Sequence record: OR538032.1
Reading direction: 5' to 3' (one strand)
DNA length: 64,000 nt
Part shown: positions 29,089 to 39,008 of the stretch, piece after piece
How the letters are laid out: each line of letters begins with the position of its first letter
Numbering within the stretch: the stretch's first letter is position 1
Notes under the pieces: generated by a model
What the model was told of the DNA's origin: nothing
Seen by the model: the letters and a program-made list of their open reading frames with translations, nothing else
Databases searched by the model: none
Position numbers and translations under genes: made by a program

Positions 29089-30021
29089 ATGAGTTTAGAG
29101 GGTTTCTTCAAACGAAAGACAAAATCGTTTGACGGCTTGCCAGCGGGGGTTAATCTCGTTGACTTCAGTCAGATTGTTTTGAGTACAATCATGGCGACAT
29201 ACAAGCCAACTGACTTGCTTACAGTCGATTTGATTCGGCATATCGTTTTGAACACGCTACGAAGTAACGTGCTTAAAAACAAGATTAAATATCCACGCAT
29301 CATCTTGTGTATTGATAACGGCAAAGGCGGTTATTGGCGCAAGAAAGAAGCATGGTATTACAAATTCAAGCGTAGTGAACAGCGTGACGAATCTGGTTGG
29401 GATTTTGAGACTATTTTCGATGCCATGGCACAAATCAAAGACGAAATAAAGCAGAATATGCCGTATTACGTCATGGACATTGAAGGCGTTGAAGCCGATG
29501 ACCATATTGGTGTGCTGACTAATTACTACGTGAGCAAAAACGTACCAGTTTTGATTACTTCTTCGGATGGCGACTTTACTCAGTTGCACACAAGCAAACT
29601 TGTAAGTCAATGGTCACCTATTCAGAAGAAGTGGGTCAAGCCAAAACATGGTTCACCAGAAATGGACATCATGTACAAGTGCATCAAAGGCGATAAGAAA
29701 GACGGAATAGCTCCGTTGAAAGCGCCGAGCGATCACTACACGCATGGCGATGGTCGACGAGCGCCTTCTGTTCGCAAAGAAGAGCTCCGCACGCTCATGA
29801 CATCAACGCCAGAAGAGCTTAAAAAGCTTTTAACCGACGAGCAGTACGCTCGTTATGAAGAAAATAGAAAATTGTTAGATTTTGCGTTTATTCCTGAGCA
29901 TATCAGTGATAGTATTATCGAACAGTTTGAAACGCAAAAGCCTGCTCCTCGCAGTAAAATCATGATGTATTTCGCTTCTAAGAAGTTAGATAAGCTGATT
30001 GAGAGCATGAGCGAATTTTAA
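29089..30021 (+). CDS. rnh: RNase H / 5'-3' exonuclease
   Basis: LVDFSQIV, YKFKRSEQR, GVEADDHI, SSDGDFTQL, IKGDKKDGI; ATG at 29089. Confidence 0.95.
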   Translation: MSLEGFFKRKTKSFDGLPAGVNLVDFSQIVLSTIMATYKPTDLLTVDLIRHIVLNTLRSNVLKNKIKYPRIILCIDNGKGGYWRKKEAWYYKFKRSEQRDESGWDFETIFDAMAQIKDEIKQNMPYYVMDIEGVEADDHIGVLTNYYVSKNVPVLITSSDGDFTQLHTSKLVSQWSPIQKKWVKPKHGSPEMDIMYKCIKGDKKDGIAPLKAPSDHYTHGDGRRAPSVRKEELRTLMTSTPEELKKLLTDEQYARYEENRKLLDFAFIPEHISDSIIEQFETQKPAPRSKIMMYFASKKLDKLIESMSEF

Positions 30022-30028
30022 AAAAAGT

Positions 30029-30057
30029 GTTTAGAACGAAACGTGCTGCTGTATAAT
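30029..30057 (+). promoter_or_regulatory. early-type promoter upstream of dsbA
   Basis: GTTTAG-N17-TATAAT. Confidence 0.7.
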
Positions 30058-30103
30058 GAGCAGCACGAAACAACGACATTGAACAAAACATATTGAGGTA
30101 ACG

Positions 30104-30376
30104 ATGGACATTCTTGAATACGAAACAATTTCAACTCCGCAAGACAAGCAAGAAGTAGTTAACATGGTTAAGGAAGCTTCTGCATCTTTGTTGCGTATTG
30201 ATTCTGAGCGCGATCTTATCAAAGACATTGCAAACCGCGCAAAAGAAGAATTTGAGATCAAGCCTGCTGATTTCAATAAAGTTGTGAAAATGTATCACAA
30301 GCAAAACCGCCAAGAAGAACAGGCGAAGTACGAGAAGATCGACAATCTATACGAGAAGCTATTTGATGAAGAGTGA
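30104..30376 (+). CDS. dsbA: dsDNA-binding protein
   Basis: VKEASASLLRIDSERDLIKDI ... FNKVVKMYHKQ; rnh-dsbA-33-59-32 synteny. Confidence 0.9.
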   Translation: MDILEYETISTPQDKQEVVNMVKEASASLLRIDSERDLIKDIANRAKEEFEIKPADFNKVVKMYHKQNRQEEQAKYEKIDNLYEKLFDEE

Positions 30377-30659
30377 AGACTACGTTCTTAAAGAAGAGCT
30401 TGGTGATTTAGTGCCACCTATTAAAGGTAGCCTTAGACAGCAAATCTCTCTAGAAATTGAAGAGATTTACAATAGCTGTCCCGCCATGACCTATCTTGAA
30501 GCGTGTTTATTCTTTATTGAGCAATACGATTACGACATTAGTCGCTTCCCGTATCTGATTAATCAGACGTTGCGAGACAAAATTGAGACTGAGGCGATAA
30601 ATGAAAAGACTATTAGAAGTCGATTTGGTTCTGCCTCGGACTTGGGTCAATGGGTATAG
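30366..30659 (+). CDS. gp33: late transcription coactivator
   Basis: SLEIEE ... TYLEACLFF ... LRDKIETEAINEKTIR; synteny. Confidence 0.88.
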   Translation: MKSEDYVLKEELGDLVPPIKGSLRQQISLEIEEIYNSCPAMTYLEACLFFIEQYDYDISRFPYLINQTLRDKIETEAINEKTIRSRFGSASDLGQWV

Positions 30660-31251
30660 CGTATTTCGCGTCTATTGCGCTGTCAAAGCGCATATGGGTG
30701 GTAAGTACGACATCTCCAAGTACAAACTCGGGATGAAAACACCTAGATCTGCGTTCGAGAAGCGTTCAGATAAGGTGTTTTTTGAACGGCTAGCCAAACG
30801 GCTAACATTGAACGATTGCTATCAGTTGCTTGTTAGCAACTTAGCAGCTAACCCGAACGCTATCTCATACGAGATAGCGGGTGCTGACGCTCATGAATTC
30901 TGGCTGAAACATACAGGATTTATGGAAATTTACAGTCAACACTACAAAAACGAGTTACTTTCGATTTTTACTCTTATAAATAAAGAGAATAAAAAATTCA
31001 AAGATTTGTTTAGAGGCGAAGGGCATCCAGTTATAATGCAACTCGTATTACGAAACACTATCTCGATTGAGACGTTCGTAATTCTGAATAGACTTTTGAA
31101 CTTCGTCCCTGTAATCGACAAGACATACAGTGATGACATTTTCTGGCACGAGTTCAAGACGCGAGCTTTAGCATACGATAAGTTGCTGAAAATCGACGAA
31201 GAACTTGCGAAAGAATTGTTTATTCAAGTAAAAAATCAAAGTAAAATATAA
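30601..31251 (+). CDS. gp59: helicase loader
   Basis: VNGYSVFRVYCAVKAHMGGKYDISKY, KRSDKVFFERL, ISIETFVIL. Confidence 0.92.
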   Translation: MKRLLEVDLVLPRTWVNGYSVFRVYCAVKAHMGGKYDISKYKLGMKTPRSAFEKRSDKVFFERLAKRLTLNDCYQLLVSNLAANPNAISYEIAGADAHEFWLKHTGFMEIYSQHYKNELLSIFTLINKENKKFKDLFRGEGHPVIMQLVLRNTISIETFVILNRLLNFVPVIDKTYSDDIFWHEFKTRALAYDKLLKIDEELAKELFIQVKNQSKI

Positions 31252-31254
31252 AAC

Positions 31255-31306
31255 ACAATACGATACAATATCATACTATACTATACAATACAAGGTAATA
31301 TACAAT
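31255..31306 (+). promoter_or_regulatory. putative gp32 autogenous translational operator (pentamer repeat array)
   Basis: ACAAT ACGAT ACAAT ATCAT ACTAT ACTAT ACAAT ACAAG GTAAT..ACAAT directly before the gp32 ATG. Confidence 0.65.
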
Positions 31307-32218
31307 ATGTCTATGTTCAAACGCAAATCTCCAGCACAACTTCAAGAAAAACTAGAAAAAATGTCAAGCAAAAAGTCATTTGACAACGCTGACGAGTGGA
31401 AACTAACCACTGATAAACTAGGTAACGGTTCTGCGGTGATTCGCTTCCTTCCTGCAAAAGGCGAAGACGACCTACCATTCGTAAAAATCTTCACTCACGG
31501 TTTCAAAGAAAACGGCAACTGGTTCATCGAAAACTGTCCATCGACTATCGATCTTCCTTGTCCATGTTGTGCAGCTAACGGCGAGCTTTGGAAAACTGAG
31601 AACGAAGACAATCAAAACATTGCGCGTAAACGCAAGCGTACTCTTTCATACTGGGCTAATATCGTTGTAATCAAAGATGACGCAGCGCCAGAAAATGAAG
31701 GCAAAGTTTTCAAATACCGCTTCGGTAAGAAAATTCTTGACAAGATCACTCAAGCTGCTCAAGCAGACGAAGATCTAGGTGTACCGGGCATGGACGTGAC
31801 TTGTGTATTCGACGGTGCTAACTTCAGCTTGAAAGCTAAGAAAGTATCTGGTTTCCCTAACTACGACGACTCTAAATTCGGCCCAAGCACTGAGCTATAC
31901 GGCGGTGACGAAGCTAAACTTAAAGAAGTTTGGGATGCAATGCACGATCTGAACGCAATCATTGCGCCTTCAGCTTTCAAATCAGAAGCTGAACTACAGA
32001 AACGCTTCTTGCAAGTAACTGGTGCGGCTCAGCCAAAAGCATCGGCTGCTCAGAATCTTGAAGCGCAACTGAACACTTCTGCACCTGCTCAAGCAAATGC
32101 TCCAAAAGCGGCTGCTAAGCCAGCGGCATCAGTAGACGTTGATTCAGAGCCAGTAACTGACTCTGTTGACGACGAGCTAGACGCACTGCTTGCTGACCTA
32201 GAGCTAGGCGACGATTAA
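31307..32218 (+). CDS. gp32: single-stranded DNA-binding protein
   Basis: GNGSAVIRFLPA, HGFK..G.WFIENCPSTI..PCPCC, KYRFGKKI, NYDDSKF, acidic tail. Confidence 0.97.
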   Translation: MSMFKRKSPAQLQEKLEKMSSKKSFDNADEWKLTTDKLGNGSAVIRFLPAKGEDDLPFVKIFTHGFKENGNWFIENCPSTIDLPCPCCAANGELWKTENEDNQNIARKRKRTLSYWANIVVIKDDAAPENEGKVFKYRFGKKILDKITQAAQADEDLGVPGMDVTCVFDGANFSLKAKKVSGFPNYDDSKFGPSTELYGGDEAKLKEVWDAMHDLNAIIAPSAFKSEAELQKRFLQVTGAAQPKASAAQNLEAQLNTSAPAQANAPKAAAKPAASVDVDSEPVTDSVDDELDALLADLELGDD

Positions 32219-32225
32219 TGAATGG

Positions 32226-32247
32226 AAAGGGGCTTAACAGCCCCTTT
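32226..32247 (+). terminator. terminator after gp32
   Basis: AAAGGGGC-TTAACA-GCCCCTTT. Confidence 0.8.
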
Positions 32248-32268
32248 GTTCTCTCTATAGGAGATTAA

Positions 32269-32814
32269 ATGAAAGTTCAAATCGTTTTTGCACATGCTAT
32301 GAGCAAATCACCACATGCCCCTTTTGGCAATCAAAACGCACTCCCTTGGAAACACAATAAAGAAGACTTAGTACGATTTAAAGCCGCGACAATGAATAGC
32401 GTGCTTGTAATGGGTTCTAAGACGTTTGAATCACTGCCGGGTAAGTTGCCCCATCGTCCTCACATTGTGCTTAGTAGCAGCGATACAGCGACGGCTAGAA
32501 ATGGTCAGCGTGCCGATGTTTACTGTTCGTGTGACGACTTCGGAGCGTTAATTAAGAACATCGAAAATGTTTATCTTATCGAAGGCTTTGATAAAATAAG
32601 TGTTATCGGTGGCCCTAGTGTTATCGAGTCTGCATTACCTTTTGCAGACTGCATATATAAAACTACAATCGTTGAAGAAATTGAATCGTACGACGTTACA
32701 ATTGATTTGACTAAAATATTCTGGCATTTCCCTCACAGAGTGGAATCAGAGGTCGTTGAATGTCAAAATGGCTCAACGATTTTCATTGAAAAGTTAACAA
32801 AGGGTGACTTATGA
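32269..32814 (+). CDS. frd: dihydrofolate reductase
   Basis: GNQNALPWK...EDLVRFK, MGSKTFESLPGKLPHRPHIVLS, VIGGPSV. Confidence 0.95.
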   Translation: MKVQIVFAHAMSKSPHAPFGNQNALPWKHNKEDLVRFKAATMNSVLVMGSKTFESLPGKLPHRPHIVLSSSDTATARNGQRADVYCSCDDFGALIKNIENVYLIEGFDKISVIGGPSVIESALPFADCIYKTTIVEEIESYDVTIDLTKIFWHFPHRVESEVVECQNGSTIFIEKLTKGDL

Positions 32815-33530
32815 TTTTTAAGAACAACATTGGATGGTATGCAGGGGCAGGTTCTGTACGTCATGATTTCTACATCAACGGCCCGATTGAAGAGCCAAGC
32901 GATTATGAAGAAATGCTTCAGATTCTACATACCGCGTCTGAAACGGACTTGGTTTACTTGCACTTGAACACACCTGGCGGTAACTTTGCTGCTGCTTGTC
33001 AAATCTGTGATGCAATCATGCAATCTAAAGCGGGCGCGGTTATTGCGTGCGCTGAAGGTGAAGTATGTAGTGCAGGTACTATGATTTTCCTTGCTTGTAA
33101 CGGCTGGCACGTATCGCCATTTGCAACGTTTATGTTCCACACATCTAGCGGTGGTCAAATCGGTAAAATGCCTGACACGTTGAAACAAGCTAAGGCACAT
33201 GAAGAGCATCTTAACCGCGTTTGTGGTTTGCTTTACGAGCCGTTCTTCGATGCTGACGAAATCGACGAGATCATCAACCATAACCAAGACTTGTGGTTGA
33301 CGCCAGACGAAGTTACTGAGCGTCTACAGCTTATGTCTAAGAAATTCGAATCAGACATGAAAGAAGCTGAAGAAAAAATTGCCGGTGACATCGAAGCTCA
33401 ACTAGAAGAGCAAATTGCCGAGCGTGTTGCTGAAGAGCTTCGCAAGCTGAAAGAAGATCCTGAAGACGAAGAAGTTGAAGAGATTGAAGAAAAGCCGAAG
33501 CGCAAACGCAAAACTGCGAAAAAAGCCTAG
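32811..33530 (+). CDS. ClpP-like (S14) peptidase with acidic tail
   Basis: INGPI, HLNTPGG, EVCSAGTMIFLA (Ser), FMFHTSSGG (His). Confidence 0.88.
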   Translation: MIFKNNIGWYAGAGSVRHDFYINGPIEEPSDYEEMLQILHTASETDLVYLHLNTPGGNFAAACQICDAIMQSKAGAVIACAEGEVCSAGTMIFLACNGWHVSPFATFMFHTSSGGQIGKMPDTLKQAKAHEEHLNRVCGLLYEPFFDADEIDEIINHNQDLWLTPDEVTERLQLMSKKFESDMKEAEEKIAGDIEAQLEEQIAERVAEELRKLKEDPEDEEVEEIEEKPKRKRKTAKKA

Positions 33531-33596
33531 TTTAGTTTCTGTTGTAATTTAAGGGGTGGCAATTTGCTGCTCCTTTCTTAGTTAAAAGGTAAAAAA

Positions 33597-34697
33597 ATGT
33601 CAGATTTAATGAAATCACTGAAAAAGTCTAGCACTTCTGGTTACGCGCAAGTTCTTTCTGAAAGCCAGTTTATGTTTGACAAAGACCACACTCGTACGTA
33701 TGTACCTGCGATTAACATTGCATTCAGTGGTGAAGTAGATGGTGGCTTGACTTCAGGGTTAACTGTTCTAGCGGGTCCATCTAAGCACTTTAAATCAAAC
33801 TTAGGTCTAGTTGGCGTCGCTGCTTATCTGAAGAAGTACCCAGACGCAGTTTGTGTGTTCATTGATACAGAATTCGGTATTACACCGTCATATTTGCGTT
33901 CTCAAGGGGTTGACCCAGACCGCGTTCTTCATATACAATGTGAGAGCGTTGAGCGTATGAAGTTTGAAATGGCTAATCAGCTTAAAGATCTTGCAGAGCG
34001 TAAGCGTGCGAAGAAAGCGGGTGAAGAGCCAGACCGCGTTATCTTCTTCATTGACTCGGTTGGTAACGTAGCATCAGCAAAAGAAATCGACGACGCTCAA
34101 AACGAGAAGTCGGTTGCTGATATGTCACGTGCGAAGCAGTTGAAATCATTGTTTCGTATCATCACGCCGTATTTCACAATGCTAGACATTCCTTGTATTG
34201 CGATCAACCACACGTATCAGACACAAGAAATCTACTCAAAAACTGTCATGTCTGGTGGTACGGGTATCATGTATTCTGCTGATACGGTAATCATTCTTGG
34301 TAAGCAACAAGAAAAAGACGGCAAAGACATCATCGGTTATCACTTCATCATGAACATCGAGAAATCGCGTTTCGTGAAAGAGAAAATGAAAGTTCCGTTG
34401 ACTGTTACATACGAAAACGGTATCGACCCGTTCTCTGGTCTTCTTGACATTGCTCTTCAGACTGGTCACGTTGTTAAGCCGTCTAACGGATGGTATCAGC
34501 GTGCGACTGTTGACGAAGAAACTGGTGAAATGATCGTCGAAGAAAAGAAATATCGCGCAAAAGAAACGCAGACTATTTCTTTTTGGAAAGACATCATCAA
34601 TTCGCCTACGTTCAAAGAAGGCGTCAAGCGCATTTACTGCCTCGGTCAATTAGACGAATCTGAACTATTCGGCGAAGTTGACAGCCTATTCGACTAA
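33597..34697 (+). CDS. uvsX: RecA-like recombinase
   Basis: AGPSKHFKS, FIDTEFG, FFIDSVGN, MSGGTGIMYSAD, IEKSRFVKEK. Confidence 0.97.
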   Translation: MSDLMKSLKKSSTSGYAQVLSESQFMFDKDHTRTYVPAINIAFSGEVDGGLTSGLTVLAGPSKHFKSNLGLVGVAAYLKKYPDAVCVFIDTEFGITPSYLRSQGVDPDRVLHIQCESVERMKFEMANQLKDLAERKRAKKAGEEPDRVIFFIDSVGNVASAKEIDDAQNEKSVADMSRAKQLKSLFRIITPYFTMLDIPCIAINHTYQTQEIYSKTVMSGGTGIMYSADTVIILGKQQEKDGKDIIGYHFIMNIEKSRFVKEKMKVPLTVTYENGIDPFSGLLDIALQTGHVVKPSNGWYQRATVDEETGEMIVEEKKYRAKETQTISFWKDIINSPTFKEGVKRIYCLGQLDESELFGEVDSLFD

Positions 34698-34705
34698 TAC
34701 CCACG

Positions 34706-34734
34706 AGACCCGTTGATTTGTCAGCGGGTCTTTT
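34706..34734 (+). terminator. terminator/attenuator between uvsX and gene 40
   Basis: AGACCCGTTGA-TTTG-TCAGCGGGTCTTTT. Confidence 0.8.
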
Positions 34735-34756
34735 AGCCATTTGAGGACGCCAAATT

Positions 34757-35059
34757 ATGTCACCGACTCAAGCTAGTGAAATACTGACTGAACTACAAGA
34801 ACGAGTGAAATTTAGTATCATGATTGATGATATTGAAGTTTATATCACTGATATTATAGTAGATAATAGCGGGAGACTCAAAATTGAATTTGTTACTCAA
34901 CATCCAGACAAAGAAGATCAAATTCGTCCGCATGTTGAGGCATGTATTATGAAACTTATTAGTGAAGAACAAAAACGTAACGGGGTAGAAGAACAATGCA
35001 AATCGAGAAGTCGATTTTCTCAAATCTTATCGAAAATCAAGAGTACTTTGCTACCGTAA
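34757..35059 (+). CDS. gp40: head vertex assembly chaperone
   Basis: VYIT ... IEFVT..PDKEDQIRPHVEACI; uvsX-40-41 synteny. Confidence 0.85.
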   Translation: MSPTQASEILTELQERVKFSIMIDDIEVYITDIIVDNSGRLKIEFVTQHPDKEDQIRPHVEACIMKLISEEQKRNGVEEQCKSRSRFSQILSKIKSTLLP

Positions 35060-36396
35060 TCCCGCACTTAAAGAAAGAGTATTTTCAGTCAACTGCTCAT
35101 CAGCACATTTTCATGATGATTAAGAATCACGCGGATGAGTATAAACGTCGTGCAACGCCTGAAGTGCTTAAAGTATGTCTTGAATCTCTCACGGGGATTA
35201 GTGAATACGACTATGCGGAAATTCAGCAAACTATTAATGAATTAGATCCACATCCGAGCCATGATTTGCGTTGGCTCATTGACATGACTGAACAGTTTTG
35301 TATTGAACAAAGTGTTTTCAACGCCCTGAGTGAATCATTAGCGATTCAAGAAAACGCAGCAAAGCCACTTGATCAACAAAACAAGCGTATTAAGCCGCTA
35401 GGCGCGATTCCCGAATTAATGCGTGACGCGCTCAACGTGTGTTTTGATACGTCAGTAGGTCATGATTATTTTGAAGACTGGGAACCTCGATACAAATCAT
35501 ATATCGAGAAAGCAGCAAAAATCCCGTTCAAAATGAACATTCTTAACAAGATCACTCAAGGTGGTGTTGAAAGAAGTACTCTGAATCTTCTTCTAGCGGG
35601 TTCTAACGTAGGTAAATCACTTGCATTATGTCACTTAGCGACTGAGTATCTTCTGCAAGGCTACAACGTTCTATACATCAGTATGGAAATGAGTGAAGCG
35701 GCAGTATCGAAGCGTATTGATGCCAACTTAATGGACATCAGTATGGACGATTTCGATACTATTACTGAAAAAACATATGGCAACAAGATTCAGAATCTTG
35801 AGAAGAAAACTCAAGGTAAGTTATTCATCAAACAGTTCCCAACTGCTGGTGCTAACGTAACTCACTTCAACACGCTCATGAACGAGCTTCGTACGAAGAA
35901 GAACGTTATTCCAGACATCGTGATTGTCGATTACTTGGGTATCTGTGCGAGTTCTCGTGTAAGCAGTTCTGAAAACACATACGTACACGTTAAAGCAATC
36001 GCTGAAGAGATTCGTGGTTTTGCTGTTGAACACAACGTAGCTGTTTGGTCTGCTGCTCAGACAACACGTAATGCATGGGATGCAAGCGACATGGGAATGG
36101 GTGACATTGCTGAATCGGCTGGTCTTGCACATACTGCTGACTTGATTCTAGGTATAATGGAAACTGAAGAAACAGTTGCACTTGGACAACAACGAGTCAA
36201 GCAGATTAAGTCGCGTTATGCCGACCGAAATCAAGATCAGACATTTATGATTGCTGTTAATAAAGGCAAACAACGATGGGGTGATATTGATGGTACAGCG
36301 AATTATTCAGCGCCTGCTCAGTCTCAAGCGAAATCGGCGTCTCCTTTCGCGCAGAAGAAAGAATCGTCGGCAAAAGCAGAGGCGGTAAATTGGTAG
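34996..36396 (+). CDS. gp41: replicative helicase
   Basis: AGSNVGKSLALCHLA, LYISMEM, IVDYLGIC, IAESAGL, QIKSRY. Confidence 0.97.
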   Translation: MQIEKSIFSNLIENQEYFATVIPHLKKEYFQSTAHQHIFMMIKNHADEYKRRATPEVLKVCLESLTGISEYDYAEIQQTINELDPHPSHDLRWLIDMTEQFCIEQSVFNALSESLAIQENAAKPLDQQNKRIKPLGAIPELMRDALNVCFDTSVGHDYFEDWEPRYKSYIEKAAKIPFKMNILNKITQGGVERSTLNLLLAGSNVGKSLALCHLATEYLLQGYNVLYISMEMSEAAVSKRIDANLMDISMDDFDTITEKTYGNKIQNLEKKTQGKLFIKQFPTAGANVTHFNTLMNELRTKKNVIPDIVIVDYLGICASSRVSSSENTYVHVKAIAEEIRGFAVEHNVAVWSAAQTTRNAWDASDMGMGDIAESAGLAHTADLILGIMETEETVALGQQRVKQIKSRYADRNQDQTFMIAVNKGKQRWGDIDGTANYSAPAQSQAKSASPFAQKKESSAKAEAVNW

Positions 36397-36635
36397 AGAT
36401 AATCGGGTCTAAGTATTGTCTGGCGTGTCGCAAATTATGTGAGACGCTAGACAAGAGAGACATTAAATACACATTTTATGACGCATTTGTTCCAAATGAA
36501 CGCTATGTGATTCTTCAGAAAATTGCTGAAGACGAAGGTTATATTGCCCACCCGATAGCGTTCTACAACGGCGAATGCCTTGGCGAGGGTGTGAGCGTCT
36601 TATCTCGCATCGACAAACGGTTAGAAGAGGAATGA
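36390..36635 (+). CDS. glutaredoxin-like redoxin
   Basis: GSKYCLACRKL (CxxC), HPIAFYNGECLG; directly before nrdD; GTG start. Confidence 0.8.
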   Translation: MVEIIGSKYCLACRKLCETLDKRDIKYTFYDAFVPNERYVILQKIAEDEGYIAHPIAFYNGECLGEGVSVLSRIDKRLEEE

Positions 36636-38471
36636 ATGAAAGACGACATTTTAGACATTGTTAGCGGTTCGGGTAATATTAAAGAAAATGCCAATAAAGA
36701 CTCGAAAGTGATCCCTACAATGCGTGACTTGGTAGCTGGTACAGTGTCGAAGCAATATGCACTGGAAGAATATCTACCGAAGCACATTGCAGACGCTCAT
36801 ATCGACGGCGATATTCATTTTCACGACCTTGATTATAGCCCACTATTCCCGCAATTCAACTGTATGCTTATCGACATCAAGGGGATGTTCGAAGGTGGGT
36901 TCAAAATGGGTAACGCTGAAATTGAAGAGCCAAATAGCATTGCGACTGCTGCGACTATCGTAACTCAGATCATTCAGCAAGTAAGCAGCCACATCTATGG
37001 CGGCAACACAATCAATCGCATCGACGAAGTGCTTGCTCCTTATGTTCGCAAGTCGTACTACAAATGGTTAGAAATCGGTCGAGAAGAACATCCAGATTCA
37101 GATTCAAAAGCCGCGATCTTTGCTCGTAAACGTGTTGAGAAAGAAACGTATGATGCGTTTCAGACTTTTGAATACCAAGTCAATACAATGCAGACTTCAA
37201 ATGGTCAGACACCATTCACGACAATCAACTTCGGTTTAGGTACTTCGTGGGAAGAGAAACTGATTCAGAAAAGCATTCTGCAAAATCGTATTGCTGGTCT
37301 AGGCAAGACTAAGAAAACTGCTATCTTCCCGAAACTTGTTTTCACGTTGAAAGACGGTGTTAACTTGAAAGAAGGTGATCCTTGTTACGGAATCAAGAAG
37401 CTTGCTCTTGAGTGTGCAAGTAAACGCATGTACCCAGACATTTTGAACTATGAAAAGCTAGTTGAAACAACTGGCGGATTCAAGTCGCCTATGGGATGTC
37501 GTTCATTCTTGGGTGAATGGAAAAATGAAGATGGCGAAACTGTATTCGACGGTCGTAATAACTTAGGTGTTGTTTCTATAAACATCCCGCGTATTGCAAT
37601 CGAAGCGTCGGGAGACACTGAACGTTTCTTCGAGATCTTGCACGAACGTTGTACACTAGCTTACGAAGCGTTGATGTTGCGTATCAAGCGTTTTGACGAT
37701 GTTACTGCATCAGTTGCACCGATTCTGTACTGTGAAGGCGCTATGGGCGTACGCTTGAAGCCAACTGATAAAGTCAGTGAAGTGTTCAAGAACGGTCGCG
37801 CAAGTATCTCACTCGGTTACATCGGTCTGCATGAGGCTGTAACGCTGCTTTCGCCTGACAAAGACATGCACACATTCGAGTCGCAGCACAAGCAATTCCT
37901 TGCTGAAAAGATTGTTGAGACGCTTAGAGCGTACACAGACGCATGGAAAGAACTGACTGGCTACGGATTCAGTCTATACAGCACGCCAAGCGAATCGCTA
38001 TGTGATCGTTTCTGTCGTCTCGATCAAGAGAAATACGGTATCATTACGGGTATCAACGACAAAGACTATTACACGAACTCGTTTCACTTAGATGTGTTCA
38101 AGAAAGTGAATCCGTTCGAGAAGATTGATTTCGAAGCAGCATACCCAATTCATGCGAATGGTGGTTTCATCTGCTATGCTGAATTCCCGAACATGCGAGA
38201 CAACATCAAAGGTCTAGAGCGCGTATGGGATTACGCATATAAGAAAGTTGCGTACTTCGGCACAAACACGCCGATTGACCAGTGTACTTGTGGTTGGTCT
38301 GGTGAAGCACATACAGACTCTGAGGGTTATTCATGTCCTGTATGCGGCGAACGCGACCCTGAAAAACTACACGTGACACGTCGTGTCTGTGGCTATCTCG
38401 GCAACCCAGGTGCTCGTGGATGGAATCACGGAAAGACGGTCGAAATGCAAAATCGAGTTAAACACTGTTAA
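36636..38471 (+). CDS. nrdD: anaerobic ribonucleoside-triphosphate reductase
   Basis: IHFHDLDY, FNCML, PMGCRS, YSTPSESLC, YYTNSFH, RRVCGYLG (glycyl radical); uninterrupted. Confidence 0.98.
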   Translation: MKDDILDIVSGSGNIKENANKDSKVIPTMRDLVAGTVSKQYALEEYLPKHIADAHIDGDIHFHDLDYSPLFPQFNCMLIDIKGMFEGGFKMGNAEIEEPNSIATAATIVTQIIQQVSSHIYGGNTINRIDEVLAPYVRKSYYKWLEIGREEHPDSDSKAAIFARKRVEKETYDAFQTFEYQVNTMQTSNGQTPFTTINFGLGTSWEEKLIQKSILQNRIAGLGKTKKTAIFPKLVFTLKDGVNLKEGDPCYGIKKLALECASKRMYPDILNYEKLVETTGGFKSPMGCRSFLGEWKNEDGETVFDGRNNLGVVSINIPRIAIEASGDTERFFEILHERCTLAYEALMLRIKRFDDVTASVAPILYCEGAMGVRLKPTDKVSEVFKNGRASISLGYIGLHEAVTLLSPDKDMHTFESQHKQFLAEKIVETLRAYTDAWKELTGYGFSLYSTPSESLCDRFCRLDQEKYGIITGINDKDYYTNSFHLDVFKKVNPFEKIDFEAAYPIHANGGFICYAEFPNMRDNIKGLERVWDYAYKKVAYFGTNTPIDQCTCGWSGEAHTDSEGYSCPVCGERDPEKLHVTRRVCGYLGNPGARGWNHGKTVEMQNRVKHC

Positions 38472-38472
38472 G

Positions 38473-38496
38473 AAAGCGCCTTCGGGCGCTTTTTTT
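38473..38496 (+). terminator. terminator after nrdD
   Basis: AAAGCGCC-TTCG-GGCGCTTTTTTT. Confidence 0.92.
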
Positions 38497-38516
38497 GTTT
38501 TTGTCGGAGAAAAAGG

Positions 38517-38545
38517 TTGCAACGCGAATCAGAAGTGCGTAATAT
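38517..38545 (+). promoter_or_regulatory. sigma70-type early promoter
   Basis: TTGCAA-N17-TAATAT with A-rich UP region. Confidence 0.8.
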
Positions 38546-38588
38546 TAACTTCATCGAGACGACATCGACTAACAGAGAGAGAAACATT

Positions 38589-39008
38589 ATGCTATACATC
38601 AACTTGACTACTTGCAGCGTAACCGATGAACATTCAGTAGCTGAACTGTGGCGTATTCGAGAGGGTCACAATGTTGAATCTAGATGGGATTGGGATTCAC
38701 TAGAGCGAGTTACTGAAGTCTGCAATATGCTTGACCAAGATCTATACATGGTGACAGACGCAGGTTCGGGTTGTTCACCGCGCTTTGACATTATCAAAAA
38801 GCCACGTGTAGGTGATTCAGTTAGCTATTGTTTCAATGGTGACAGTCGTCCCGACGGTGAAATCACTAAGATTTCAAAAACAATGAAGATGATTACGACA
38901 TCAACTGGCAGCAAATACTATCGCCGTAAGTTGACTGGTCGATGGGTTCGGGGCGGCTGTTGGACGTTAGTACACGGTCATGTGTCTAAAATGAATGAGG
39001 AATTTTAA
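38589..39008 (+). CDS. hypothetical early protein
   Basis: GAGAGAG RBS before ATG 38589 (track starts at 38517). Confidence 0.8.
   Translation: MLYINLTTCSVTDEHSVAELWRIREGHNVESRWDWDSLERVTEVCNMLDQDLYMVTDAGSGCSPRFDIIKKPRVGDSVSYCFNGDSRPDGEITKISKTMKMITTSTGSKYYRRKLTGRWVRGGCWTLVHGHVSKMNEEF

Noticed and set aside
31255-31306. Pentamer array considered as CRISPR or microsatellite
   Set aside because: No spacers, degenerate units; position fits a gp32 operator better
33551-33577. Imperfect hairpin before uvsX
   Set aside because: Several G-U pairs and a short U-tract; terminator function uncertain, so not listed as a feature
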